A DNA stretch of 64,000 bases from positions 64,001-128,000 of IMG/VR virus record IMGVR_UViG_3300044729_001198; one strand, 5' to 3'. A program made the translations under genes and the position numbers. How positions within the stretch are numbered: position 1 is the stretch's first letter; each line of letters begins with the position of its first letter. Below the pieces are notes generated by a model that was given only the letters and a program-made list of their open reading frames with translations, did no database searches and was not told where the DNA came from. This document shows positions 16,703 through 25,870 of the stretch, one piece after another. This stretch comes from a virus.

Positions 16703-16880
16703 CTGATATCAAATTACTATTATTAAGTTTGTGACTTAAACATTCTTTACACATCAATGGTAGGCAGTCTTGATTACCATCCATACATTCTTTTTCAAAT
16801 TGAGACATTTCACCCCGTGTCTTTATCACACAACCACAATCACTACACACAGCACCAATGTCGTTATGTATCCGTTTCAT
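16671..16880 (-). CDS. small Cys-containing (zinc-ribbon-like) protein
   Basis: CSDCGC...CKEC. Confidence 0.5.
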   Translation of the reverse strand: MKRIHNDIGAVCSDCGCVIKTRGEMSQFEKECMDGNQDCLPLMCKECLSHKLNNSNLISDVYNTTTKED

Positions 16881-17086
16881 GGTTTTCTAAAAACTGATTT
16901 GAATACGTTAAACCAAAATATAAAAGACATTATAGGCCATACTAATATTGTCGATATTCTTTCAGGATGCCCAAAGTATATTTTCTCTTCAGCATCACTT
17001 ATTTTGTTTATTCTAAAAATAACAAGGTCCATCAAAAACATATGAGCCAGCCCAAGGAGTAAATACAATATAATGTAACTTATCAT
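16877..17086 (-). CDS. small membrane protein
   Basis: Two hydrophobic segments. Confidence 0.5.
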   Translation of the reverse strand: MISYIILYLLLGLAHMFLMDLVIFRINKISDAEEKIYFGHPERISTILVWPIMSFIFWFNVFKSVFRKP

Positions 17087-17236
17087 TTCTTAAACCCCCA
17101 ATTGAAAGAAAGACCCTTGTTTAAGAATACAATCTCAAATGTGTAATGACCATATAGTAATCTATCTGGTGTTATTTTCATGGTAGGAAGCAAGTACCAT
17201 TGGTATCCTATTGTGTACGTTTCAATCTTCATATTA

Positions 17237-17268
17237 CAAATATACAAAAAATATTTTAATTTTCCAAA
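17237..17268 (-). promoter_or_regulatory. Bacteroidota-type promoter
   Basis: TTTG-N20-TATATTTG. Confidence 0.7.
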
Positions 17269-17501
17269 TCATTTTTAAACCACTCGTTGATATCGTGGAT
17301 GTTCATGTCGTGAACGAATATTGGAGTAGACTCTCCTACATAAGCGGACCATGTATTAAACTCAAGAAACTCAACAGCCTCCTCTTCAGACATACCATCG
17401 TTGGTCAAAATATCGACCATTTTTTGTTTAGAGTAAACTACACGTTGATATTCAGTATCAACTCCGAGTATAGCTTCATCGTAACCAAATGCAAGAATCA
17501 T
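17256..17501 (-). CDS. conserved phage hypothetical protein
   Basis: GYDEAILG..VVYS..EEAVEFLEFN..AYVGE.TP. Confidence 0.7.
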   Translation of the reverse strand: MILAFGYDEAILGVDTEYQRVVYSKQKMVDILTNDGMSEEEAVEFLEFNTWSAYVGESTPIFVHDMNIHDINEWFKNDLEN

Positions 17502-17586
17502 AATAAGTAGTTTAATAAAAGGTGACCAAATCCAATTCCTGCCAAAAAGTAAATTAGGTTATTTAACCAATTAGGATATTTCATAT

Positions 17587-18183
17587 TTAGTTGTTTAAAA
17601 GTTTTAAAATTTTATCTATTACACCACTCTGTTTAATTCCCTCACTTGAGTAGGGTGTGTGAACAAAGTTGGTCAATCCGGCCTTGTCATCAGAACCATT
17701 ACTGGCTATAAAATGATTGCTTAAAAAATCAATAGACATATCTAAATCATCCACAGCGACCCAATGGGTAATTTCAGAATGATTATTCAACCAATGTTGA
17801 ATCTCCATACTACGTTCCAATTCCAAATCAGCTCTAAATCGTAATACAGACCACTCCCTTGGGTGTATGTCTTTAAACATATCAGTTGTTGCGATTGGTC
17901 GTTTGATAATACCCTGTGATGTGTAGTAATCACCCAACTCTTCCAAATTAGCGTGAAATCGCCAATCGGAACTAACTACTATTTCAGCACCAGTCTCCGT
18001 TAAGATTTTATTAAGAACTTCAATAGCGCCTTTATCAAAATCATCAAACCGGTATTGAACCGGTATTTCACGAGATGTCATAGACAATTTACGACCACCC
18101 CATTTTTCTTGTTTCTTGTAACGACCACCCCAATTGTTGGATAGGCATATAACGCCATCGTTATCTAAAAATATTACTTTCAT
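17587..18183 (-). CDS. HAD-family phosphatase (RNA-repair Swiss-army-knife type)
   Basis: MKVIFLDNDGV, IVVSSDWR, WVAVDD; start moved to 18183. Confidence 0.85.
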   Translation of the reverse strand: MKVIFLDNDGVICLSNNWGGRYKKQEKWGGRKLSMTSREIPVQYRFDDFDKGAIEVLNKILTETGAEIVVSSDWRFHANLEELGDYYTSQGIIKRPIATTDMFKDIHPREWSVLRFRADLELERSMEIQHWLNNHSEITHWVAVDDLDMSIDFLSNHFIASNGSDDKAGLTNFVHTPYSSEGIKQSGVIDKILKLLNN

Positions 18184-18187
18184 TTTT

Positions 18188-18403
18188 TTATCTATATAAA
18201 GTGACAAATGACCCAAAGTGTCGGTCAAAGACCTGTACAAGGTTTTCATAGTCACCACTCTTCATCTCATCCAAAATTGGTTTGGAATCAATACCAAGTT
18301 GTTTAGCAAAATTTGAAGCAGTTCCCAAAAGGAAAAATGCGTTACCTTGTGGACCGGTCAAGTCGATTTCGATACCACGAGTATTTGATTTAGTTTTTAT
18401 CAT
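18188..18403 (-). CDS. conserved phage hypothetical protein
   Basis: IDLTGPQGNAF..SGDYENL. Confidence 0.7.
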   Translation of the reverse strand: MIKTKSNTRGIEIDLTGPQGNAFFLLGTASNFAKQLGIDSKPILDEMKSGDYENLVQVFDRHFGSFVTLYR

Positions 18404-18409
18404 AACTTA

Positions 18410-18745
18410 TTAGATTAAGTAAGCAGGTCCGTAAGCACCATAGTTAGCAGTTCCTTCGATTACGTTACCACGAGCGTGTTTAGCAGCTTGGTTTCGACCA
18501 GCAGGTTTCATCAAGTCACCTTTACGAATTTGAACACCTTTGTGAATCATTGGGATTCTAGCGATAAATCCCCAAACAGAATTACCAGATACGATTTTGT
18601 AAAACTTACTTCCACGTTTGACAACCACATTAGGAACTGGCAAGCAACTGAATTTGGTTTCGTAATACTCTTTAATTTGATTTTTCAACATTGATTCGAA
18701 CTCTTCGATAGTTGAACACGGGGTGGGTTTAAAAATTTCTTCCAT
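18410..18745 (-). CDS. conserved T4-like phage hypothetical protein
   Basis: KFYKI..SVWGFI..GDLMKPA..AKHARGN. Confidence 0.7.
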   Translation of the reverse strand: MEEIFKPTPCSTIEEFESMLKNQIKEYYETKFSCLPVPNVVVKRGSKFYKIVSGNSVWGFIARIPMIHKGVQIRKGDLMKPAGRNQAAKHARGNVIEGTANYGAYGPAYLI

Positions 18746-18760
18746 AACTTATCTCTCTTA

Positions 18761-18799
18761 TTACTCTGTAAAGATACGAATAATTCCCGATATTACAAA
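18761..18799 (-). promoter_or_regulatory. promoter with TTAC-N3-GTAA site in flipped orientation
   Basis: TTTG-N19-TATCTTTACAGAGTAA; TGTTAW pair at 18807/18818. Confidence 0.65.
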
Positions 18800-18911
18800 C
18801 TTTCAATGTTATCAAATTGTTAAATTTAAAAAAGAATTAGAGGAAACGATATCATCACTCCTAACCAAATCAATAAGTAGATGGTGGTTTTCAACTCATG
18901 TTTATCTATCT

Positions 18912-19157
18912 TCATGTGTTGTTCTTTAATAACAATACCAATACTTCCAAGTCACCAGCTCCTTTGATTTTTAAAGTCATCGAGTCAAATATAAAACCAT
19001 GCCACCCTTCGACTTCTGCGCTCTCATTATCATTTGACATAATACAAATATCACCAATGTCAATAGTATAATAATGGAATGGGGTGTCAGCGCCTGATTC
19101 TTCGATTGATACATCAACTCGTTCGAATCCTAAATCTATAAATGTTTGTTCAGTCAT
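18912..19157 (-). CDS. hypothetical protein
   Basis: 81-aa ORF. Confidence 0.55.
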   Translation of the reverse strand: MTEQTFIDLGFERVDVSIEESGADTPFHYYTIDIGDICIMSNDNESAEVEGWHGFIFDSMTLKIKGAGDLEVLVLLLKNNT

Positions 19158-19159
19158 AA

Positions 19160-19633
19160 TTATGAAAAATTGGTTGAGTCTGAAATACGAAGACCATCAA
19201 CATATCGTTCCACATGGCGAAACCAATTGGTTCGTGGGTGTTCGGTATCATATGATTGTAAATCCCAACCATCAGTACACCACGTTAACGCCATTTCAAT
19301 AAATTCATGAGTCGGTATCAATTCACCATACTCATCAACAACTCGACCGGAGTTAATAAACCTAAATAAACTTTCTTGGTCATGGTAATATTTGTTATCA
19401 TGAAAATTCCACAAGAACTTCCAACCACCACTTCGTTTACCTAAATGGATGTTTATTTCATTTGTGAATTCACCCCAAGGATTATCATATTCCCAGTCGC
19501 CGGTTGGAATGGTATTGAACTCACGTTCAATATTAGCGGGTGTCATTTCCATATTGGAAATACGTTCTTGGAGTCGAGCTTTACGTTGTTCAACTTCTTC
19601 AACGGATGGTATTCGATAATAGTTAGTTCCCAT
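19160..19633 (-). CDS. conserved phage hypothetical protein
   Basis: MGTNYY..IHLGKRSGGWKFLW..DEYG; promoter at 19655-19686. Confidence 0.7.
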   Translation of the reverse strand: MGTNYYRIPSVEEVEQRKARLQERISNMEMTPANIEREFNTIPTGDWEYDNPWGEFTNEINIHLGKRSGGWKFLWNFHDNKYYHDQESLFRFINSGRVVDEYGELIPTHEFIEMALTWCTDGWDLQSYDTEHPRTNWFRHVERYVDGLRISDSTNFS

Positions 19634-19687
19634 GTTTTATTTTTTATTAGATTGTAAAGATAGTGAATAATTTTGAGATTTCCAAAT

Positions 19688-19936
19688 TTATTTTACAAAA
19701 ATACTATCAATGTAGATAGTGTCGCCAACACCATGTGGTTTTCGTGATTTTACCACTACATCATATTGGTTCACATATAATTTCCAATATGGGTCAAGTT
19801 GCATTACATTGTCATGACCAACCCCATGGTACTCTACGGAATCAACAACACACTTAACACTTTTACGTTCGGTTGTGGATTGTGTACATGACATAATAGT
19901 CAATGTCAATAATCCTAATAGATTAATCTTCTTCAT
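19688..19936 (-). CDS. small lipoprotein
   Basis: MKKINLLGLLTLTIMSC lipobox. Confidence 0.65.
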   Translation of the reverse strand: MKKINLLGLLTLTIMSCTQSTTERKSVKCVVDSVEYHGVGHDNVMQLDPYWKLYVNQYDVVVKSRKPHGVGDTIYIDSIFVK

Positions 19937-20369
19937 AGTATTTTATTTCAACGTTTGCTTCTTTAAACATTTCAATTGAACGAATCGCATGTTCGTCCCA
20001 TATTCCGCCAGTTGCTCCACCATTACGTTCGAGGTACACTCGTTTGATTCCTGAATTAATAATTCCACGAGTACAATCGGTACAACACATACCACACGTC
20101 AAATACATTGTAGAATCTTTCAGAGACACACCAATCCTAGCCGCATTGTAAATAGCATTTCGTTCAGCGTGTTCAAACCAATAGTATTTTTCAGGTCGGT
20201 CTTGTCGCCAATCCAACTCATCATTAATCCCTCGTGGGAATGAGTTATAGCCGGTAGATATGATTTCATTATCCTTACCAACCACAACCGCACCTATTTG
20301 AGTTCGAATATCTTTCGACTTTAATTTTACTTGATGAGCGATATTTCTAAAGTATGTGTTCCAATTCAT
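19923..20369 (-). CDS. dCMP deaminase
   Basis: HAERNAI, TCGMCCTDC; TGYNSFP. Confidence 0.9.
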   Translation of the reverse strand: MNWNTYFRNIAHQVKLKSKDIRTQIGAVVVGKDNEIISTGYNSFPRGINDELDWRQDRPEKYYWFEHAERNAIYNAARIGVSLKDSTMYLTCGMCCTDCTRGIINSGIKRVYLERNGGATGGIWDEHAIRSIEMFKEANVEIKYYEED

Positions 20370-20390
20370 TTTCAGATTCCTTATCACAAT

Positions 20391-20777
20391 TTAGTATGGT
20401 AATTCAATATCAGCCAGTTTGTTTCGTAGTTTGTGGTCGTCCCAAAGAGCCCGTAATACCAATCGGGGTGTTGCTATATCTCCGAAGAAAACACCAAGAC
20501 CGATTACATATTTGAATCTTGCGTTTCGAGGTCCAAAATTAAAACTTAATAAGAACTTTGAATCCCCAGTCAACGTATCCGAGTAGTCTCGTTCGAGTCG
20601 AACGTCATCAACACGTTGGTTTCCAATAAGTGGGTCGTAAATTTGTATACTCTGCCACATGATACCAATGTCACCCTTACCTATGATTTCTTCGATTGAA
20701 TTTAAATGTACTTCAGTAATTTCCACAACGTGTCTTTTTGTATTTTCAAATATACAACATAATATCGATATTTCCAA
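20391..20777 (-). CDS. hypothetical protein (true start probably GTG near 20726)
   Basis: Promoter-like TTG-N20-TATATTTG lies inside the annotated 5' end (20747-20777). Confidence 0.5.
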   Translation of the reverse strand: MEISILCCIFENTKRHVVEITEVHLNSIEEIIGKGDIGIMWQSIQIYDPLIGNQRVDDVRLERDYSDTLTGDSKFLLSFNFGPRNARFKYVIGLGVFFGDIATPRLVLRALWDDHKLRNKLADIELPY

Positions 20778-20812
20778 GCATGCGCTTTAAAAAAATTTAA
20801 TCATTTTTAGCT

Positions 20813-21106
20813 TTATGGCTCTGGGGCTCTATGGGGCTTGGGTAGGTATTTTTGTTGATAAGAATACATCTTTCGTAAAACCTCTCGTGACGTATCATTC
20901 AATGTAGAGGTTTCTTTTATGATGTATTCACATTCGGGGGTTCTTAACAAGTACCGATGTTCAATATGACCCGACGCATGGGTCATGAGTGGTGAAAGCA
21001 CCAATTCGTACACATACCCATCTTCATCAATACGCAACTCGGCACCTTTCCAAGTCATTTCACTTAACGCAGCCCATTGTTCATCGGTGATAGGTTTTGG
21101 GTTCAT
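20813..21106 (-). CDS. hypothetical protein
   Basis: 97-aa ORF, overlapping stop/start. Confidence 0.55.
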   Translation of the reverse strand: MNPKPITDEQWAALSEMTWKGAELRIDEDGYVYELVLSPLMTHASGHIEHRYLLRTPECEYIIKETSTLNDTSREVLRKMYSYQQKYLPKPHRAPEP

Positions 21107-21336
21107 TTCTCTTTGGCGTTAAATGTTTCATTGTGCAGTTTAACAAAGTATTCCGCTGTTTCTTTTAACATCTCACCGCTCCGTACAACGTAATATTCTG
21201 ACAAGACATCACCATCCTCAAATAGGATTGGTTCTACTGGCTCTATGGTTCTACACCAACATTGTTCACCTTGAGAACAAGTTCCGGTTTTCCACTTGGC
21301 AGTGAATGATTTGTCTATTGCTTCTTGATAGGTCAT
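21103..21336 (-). CDS. hypothetical protein
   Basis: 77 aa, CSQGEQCWC. Confidence 0.55.
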   Translation of the reverse strand: MTYQEAIDKSFTAKWKTGTCSQGEQCWCRTIEPVEPILFEDGDVLSEYYVVRSGEMLKETAEYFVKLHNETFNAKEK

Positions 21337-21515
21337 TTTAGTTTACTATTAAATAAATCTTTTGCAAGTTGTTCATCACCATCTTCTTCAAAGAAAACGC
21401 CGATAATAAAATCAGCTTCTTCAATTGTACATTTGTTTTCAATTACGTCAATGTAGGTTTCTACACTAACACCTAATGACTCGGCTATCAGTTCGTCTAT
21501 AAATTCAAATAACAT
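21333..21515 (-). CDS. hypothetical protein
   Basis: 60-aa acidic ORF. Confidence 0.5.
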   Translation of the reverse strand: MLFEFIDELIAESLGVSVETYIDVIENKCTIEEADFIIGVFFEEDGDEQLAKDLFNSKLK

Positions 21516-21516
21516 A

Positions 21517-21795
21517 TTAATCTATTTCAGGAATTTTTACTGAATGTTGGTATGACTTAATATTGATTTCCATTTTTACATTATTCCAATAAGTAATATA
21601 TTCTTCCGTAACAGGTTGGTCAGCAACACTATCCAATAAATTTACCACGGAAAAATATGCACACATGATGGCTTCTTTGTATCTTGATTCACAGCTATTG
21701 ATACCATAATCAGAATATCCGTTATTGGGTAACGAATAGTAAAATTTATTGATAATCAATATAGCTTGTTCTTTTGAGGTCATGCGCTTATCCAA
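21517..21795 (-). CDS. hypothetical protein
   Basis: 92-aa ORF. Confidence 0.55.
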   Translation of the reverse strand: MDKRMTSKEQAILIINKFYYSLPNNGYSDYGINSCESRYKEAIMCAYFSVVNLLDSVADQPVTEEYITYWNNVKMEINIKSYQHSVKIPEID

Positions 21796-22085
21796 TCAAT
21801 AGTATCTTTAAACATAAGTGATTCTCTACCATCGTATTCTTCGATGAAAAATTGTGTACCTTCTACGACCCAAACAACACTTAATTCGTCAACACCACCG
21901 GTGTATACATCTGGATAGGTTTTTTCAACATATTCCAAAGCATCATCGTATTTTTGATTTTCAATTAAATAAATTAGTTCAGGGTCAAATATTGCCCGTA
22001 GGGGAGCTCCCCATGTGTAGAACCCTGCGCCCCATCCGCCGGAAATAAGAACTCCGACCATTCCATCTCTAATTACTTTTTTCAT
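21780..22085 (-). CDS. conserved phage hypothetical protein
   Basis: VLISGGWGAGF.TW..IEEYDGRES. Confidence 0.7.
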   Translation of the reverse strand: MKKVIRDGMVGVLISGGWGAGFYTWGAPLRAIFDPELIYLIENQKYDDALEYVEKTYPDVYTGGVDELSVVWVVEGTQFFIEEYDGRESLMFKDTIDWISA

Positions 22086-22278
22086 TTACTATACCTTTTT
22101 TTAAGTCTGCTTTAATTTTCCACATAGATTCTCTATAGAACATATAACTGTGTCTTGCTTGTTGACCACCCTTTACATTGTGTAAATCTGAAATCAAATC
22201 ATCCATCAATCTGGATAAGAAATCCAAATCTTCAAATACAGTGTTTAATGCCTCTTCGCTTACTTTAAATGTTTTCAT
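22069..22278 (-). CDS. hypothetical protein
   Basis: 69-aa ORF. Confidence 0.5.
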   Translation of the reverse strand: MKTFKVSEEALNTVFEDLDFLSRLMDDLISDLHNVKGGQQARHSYMFYRESMWKIKADLKKGIVNEKSN

Positions 22279-22414
22279 CTTATTTTTATTTAGTCAATTG
22301 GTTCATAAATTGTGTAGGGTTCGGAAACACCATCTTGATTAAAACGTTGGACTGTAATTTCTTTACAATACCCAACTCCCTCTATGTATACTATGTTATT
22401 CATCTTATTCTGAT

Positions 22415-22600
22415 TTATTTAGTTGTTTTAATAAAACCACTTACCCAAAAGTTTGAACGAGCTTGACCGGTGTCCTTCATCACCTTTGCAATAGCTTCGT
22501 TTTCAACATTTACATTAGGTATGCCTTTAATGTATTTAAACTCATAGTCAACTTTGTTCTTGAGGTCTTGTACAATAAACCCCTTATAAGTATTTTTCAT
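22415..22600 (-). CDS. hypothetical protein
   Basis: 61-aa ORF. Confidence 0.5.
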   Translation of the reverse strand: MKNTYKGFIVQDLKNKVDYEFKYIKGIPNVNVENEAIAKVMKDTGQARSNFWVSGFIKTTK

Positions 22601-22605
22601 ATCTC

Positions 22606-23385
22606 TTATTTTACTGCGTTAAGTTTTGATTGAAGTTTAGTGAGTTCTTTCTGATAACCCTTACGACTTCGAGTCGGCCACTCGATGTTTTGAGTTCTCC
22701 AAAATTCAATACCATGCTTTTTAGATTTCTTAACCGATTCGAGATATTCAGTCTCACTATTGTTAAAATTATCAGCAGCACCATTCTTAATGATTTGTTC
22801 CCAAGATGGATTATTATGAGACCAGTGACCCTCTTTTGTTAAAATCGTCCCAATCCGTTCATCGGTAATACCCTCAATTGAAGAGAGGTTGTAGTCAATC
22901 TCAAGAATTCGATTTTCGTAATTTTGGATTTCTTGTTCCAACTTTTCAATCTTGGTCAACTTCTTGTATTGTTCTTGATACTCACGAGCCAACTCTGATT
23001 TGATTCGTGGCATCTTGGTCTTGGTCAAGTATCGTAGGTGAAGTCGTTGGATGTTGTAACCACCAGCGTAGATGGCTTCGGTGAAGAACTGATAAACTTC
23101 AGACCCACGACCAATCTTAGCACTAATCTCAATTCCCTTACCACCCTCACACCAATTCATACTAATCAACTTGTCTTCCGAAGACACATAGTTTTGGAGA
23201 GCCTTCATAAGGTCAATCACCAAACTCAAACGAAGCATCTCTTTGTACCACTCACTAACCTTCATCACACGGCCAGTACGTTCAAGGAACTCTTTCTTTT
23301 CACTCTCGATAATACGTTCAACGATACCATTCATCGGAACTTTCAACTCATAAAGGATTTCTTCTTTAATACTCATATCTCTCAT
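22606..23385 (-). CDS. hypothetical protein with coiled coils
   Basis: 259 aa; IYAGGYNIQRLH; conserved-leader promoter. Confidence 0.75.
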   Translation of the reverse strand: MRDMSIKEEILYELKVPMNGIVERIIESEKKEFLERTGRVMKVSEWYKEMLRLSLVIDLMKALQNYVSSEDKLISMNWCEGGKGIEISAKIGRGSEVYQFFTEAIYAGGYNIQRLHLRYLTKTKMPRIKSELAREYQEQYKKLTKIEKLEQEIQNYENRILEIDYNLSSIEGITDERIGTILTKEGHWSHNNPSWEQIIKNGAADNFNNSETEYLESVKKSKKHGIEFWRTQNIEWPTRSRKGYQKELTKLQSKLNAVK

Positions 23386-23388
23386 TGA

Positions 23389-23428
23389 TTACAGAGTAAA
23401 GGTACAACAAAGGGTTGATATATCCAAA
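23389..23428 (-). promoter_or_regulatory. conserved-leader promoter
   Basis: TTTG-N20-TACCTTTACTCTGTAA-TCAATGAGAGATATG; TGTTAA pair at 23436/23447. Confidence 0.75.
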
Positions 23429-23480
23429 TATCGTGTGTTAACAAATTGTTAAGGTTTCGGTGAAGTAAAAACAAATCAGC

Positions 23481-23810
23481 TTAAATAGAATTCAAGGGAG
23501 TATCATCACTATATAATTGACCAGATGGAACATGATGATATAACTTATACCACTCACCATACATATAACGTAGTATAGAGGTATCATAAGAAGATATAAC
23601 CCCATCAGAGTATAAGTCAACATCATAGGTAGGATATACCAACTTCCAATGAAACCACCCCCTTCGGATATCCCCATTAACAAGTTTAACATAGACCCTT
23701 CCAGCCTCATCAGATGTATACCCCAACCTAACGGAGTCCCCAGAGGACATCCTATTTAAAGCAATTATTTGTTCTTCAGTCATAGTGTTACCAATATACA
23801 AATCAGTCAT
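23481..23810 (-). CDS. hypothetical protein
   Basis: 109 aa; promoter TTTG-N20-TATATTTA at 23817-23848. Confidence 0.5.
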   Translation of the reverse strand: MTDLYIGNTMTEEQIIALNRMSSGDSVRLGYTSDEAGRVYVKLVNGDIRRGWFHWKLVYPTYDVDLYSDGVISSYDTSILRYMYGEWYKLYHHVPSGQLYSDDTPLNSI

Positions 23811-23919
23811 GTAACCTAAATATACAAAAAAGATTCGACATATCCAAATTAGGTTTAAGACTTATAATCCATCATTATTAGAGTGTACCCTTATATAACC
23901 AATGGAATGAGCTAAATAA

Positions 23920-23955
23920 GAATTAGGGCATAGGAATTAGGGCATAGGAATTAGG
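23920..23955 (+). repeat. 14-bp tandem repeat, about 2.6 copies
   Basis: GAATTAGGGCATAG x2 plus GAATTAGG. Confidence 0.9.
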
Positions 23956-24138
23956 TCTGTGTCCGTGTCTACACGGGTTCGGAGGGGACTTTTCTCCCCA
24001 GCGAAAAAACCGGGCTCGATAGAAAAACGGACTACACGAGCGTCTAACTCATTGACCCTCAGCGGTTTACAAGAAAATGCCCCCCCCCCTGCTCGAGTAT
24101 CTTTCATCACCTTTAAAGGCTTACGGGGGTTTGTGGGC

Positions 24139-24399
24139 TTATTTCACTTTCATCTCTGGCCATACGCCATATACCTCATAATGGCGTTTTTGGAAATACT
24201 GAACCTTGTTTAGTGCGCTAATCTGGTCAAGGGCTGTCTTTGCGTTCATTAGCTTATCGGTCCAATACTGAACCTTGGGGATATACCCTTGGCTATACTT
24301 TACCTCTTCTACTATAAGGGGAACGCCTTTCTTGTTGGCTTCTTGTAGTTTGTTATCCATATTGGACAACCACATTTCGAACTCTTGTATCTTGTTCAT
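24139..24399 (-). CDS. hypothetical protein
   Basis: 86-aa ORF. Confidence 0.5.
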   Translation of the reverse strand: MNKIQEFEMWLSNMDNKLQEANKKGVPLIVEEVKYSQGYIPKVQYWTDKLMNAKTALDQISALNKVQYFQKRHYEVYGVWPEMKVK

Positions 24400-24424
24400 A
24401 TACTGGGTGTTAGCTATTTTTATT

Positions 24425-25003
24425 TTATTTCACTTCATGTCCCATCCCAACCAAGATAGTCTTGGCCTTTGCGGGGTTCATCTTGGTACTACTATCGGTG
24501 TAGTATTTAATCACTTGACTAAAGGCACGACCCTCATTAAGGACCTCGTTAAGGATAGCTTCTACAGTACCGAAGCGTGGTCGGTTGTTAACGTGGACAT
24601 ACTTAACACCGGCTTGGAGTTCCATTCCTTTGTCAGTTTTAGCACCCGAAGCCTCATAGTCTTCATATATGTCGTACATTCCGTTGAACTTTCCGTACTC
24701 CCATAGGTTAGCAAACTGATTAATTTCTTTAAAGATTTTCTCACTCACCTCACCACCGATTTTGTTGTGGACATATACGTCCAAGGAGTTACCACCAGCG
24801 AAGGAGTCTGATTTAACCTTGACTACCACGTCTTGGTTCTTATACATCTTCTTAACAAACTGCTTGACCAACGACCCAGCGTCAGCGTGACTGACATAAA
24901 TGTACTGGCGACCTTGGTAATTACGAAGGGCTTTAGCAGACAATTCGTAGATTTCGTTGTTGATTTGGACTTGGATTTTGTTTTGGTTTTTCATATCTCT
25001 CAT
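24425..25003 (-). CDS. LPD29-like domain protein
   Basis: VKSDSFAGGNSLDV..GKFNGMYDIYE resembles large-polyvalent-protein domain 29. Confidence 0.55.
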   Translation of the reverse strand: MRDMKNQNKIQVQINNEIYELSAKALRNYQGRQYIYVSHADAGSLVKQFVKKMYKNQDVVVKVKSDSFAGGNSLDVYVHNKIGGEVSEKIFKEINQFANLWEYGKFNGMYDIYEDYEASGAKTDKGMELQAGVKYVHVNNRPRFGTVEAILNEVLNEGRAFSQVIKYYTDSSTKMNPAKAKTILVGMGHEVK

Positions 25004-25005
25004 TC

Positions 25006-25044
25006 TTACAGAGTAAAGGTACTGATTATTATTGGATAATACAA
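25006..25044 (-). promoter_or_regulatory. conserved-leader promoter
   Basis: TTG-N20-TACCTTTACTCTGTAA; TGTTAA/CGTTAA pair at 25053/25064. Confidence 0.7.
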
Positions 25045-25209
25045 GCGTCTAATGTTAACAAATCGTTAAATTTTAATCTCAATTAACTTTGTGTTTAATC
25101 CACATAACTGCCGGTTTGATAGCATCTTCGTTCTGATAGTACCAATACATCCACTTAATGACCTTAAAAGCGGCAGGAAAAATAAACTCTAATAGACTCA
25201 TCTCAATCA

Positions 25210-25294
25210 TTACAGAGTAAAGGTAATGATAGTATTTCAATAAAACAAGCTTTTAATGTTAATTTTTTGTTAAGTTTTCAACAAGTTATTAACA
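25210..25294 (-). promoter_or_regulatory. conserved-leader promoter with full four-box TGTTAA array
   Basis: TTG-N20-TACCTTTACTCTGTAA; boxes at 25257, 25268 (direct) and 25278, 25289 (inverted). Confidence 0.7.
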
Positions 25295-25379
25295 CTCTGG
25301 AACCCTTATTCCCGTTGAGTTCCAGAGCCCCGTGTTATTATTTAGCTATTTTTTTTTATATAATAGCACCCGCACAGTA

Positions 25380-25411
25380 CAAATATACGAAATAATATGC
25401 AACTTGCCAAA
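25380..25411 (-). promoter_or_regulatory. Bacteroidota-type promoter upstream of a hairpin, no ORF
   Basis: TTTG-N20-TATATTTG; CTCTGGAAC/GTTCCAGAG stem about 55-85 nt downstream. Confidence 0.6.
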
Positions 25412-25452
25412 TATCTTGCCATTTTTTTCAAAAAAGTTATTAACAATTTCTT

Positions 25453-25566
25453 GCACTTAAACCTTTACTTTAAGTGACATTGTGTCAGGCCGGCACTTAA
25501 AGCTTTACTTTAAATAAAAATTCCAATCGTAGCACTTAAAGCTTTACTTTAACTGACATCGTGTCA
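25453..25566. repeat. three 21-bp iteron-like repeats with two TGACA-N3-TGTCA dyads
   Basis: GCACTTAAA(C/G)CTTTACTTTAA at 25453, 25493, 25532; dyads at 25475 and 25554. Confidence 0.9.
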
Positions 25567-25837
25567 GTCTTTTTATGACAAAAAAGTTATCAACATCGCA
25601 TTGTTAATAACTTTCCCAGCAAAAATTTTGCCTTCCGCCAAAAAAGACGTACTATGCGGTGCTTATTTGTGTTAAATAGAAACTTCGGGGGGTTTACCCA
25701 CTACTTGTTTAACATAATTGTGGTAAAAATGAATCATTTAGGGTTTTTGTGGGATTGGTACGGCTGAAAGAGTGTTTACTAATAATACAATACAAGCTTT
25801 TATAATATGTTTTTAGTGGACGTGTTTACCATAAAGT

Positions 25838-25870
25838 GGGGAATTGTGGGGAAAAATGGGTGATTTTGGG
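25838..25870 (+). other. canonical G-quadruplex-type motif
   Basis: GGGG-AATTGT-GGGG-AAAAAT-GGG-TGATTTT-GGG. Confidence 0.5.

Noticed and set aside
23920-23955. Telomere-like TTAGGG repeats
   Set aside because: The hexamer occurs only twice inside a 14-bp unit; likely coincidental
25453-25566. Mini CRISPR array interpretation of the three 21-bp repeats
   Set aside because: Intervening segments are only 18-19 bp, one contains a dyad repeated after the third unit, and no cas genes or leader are present
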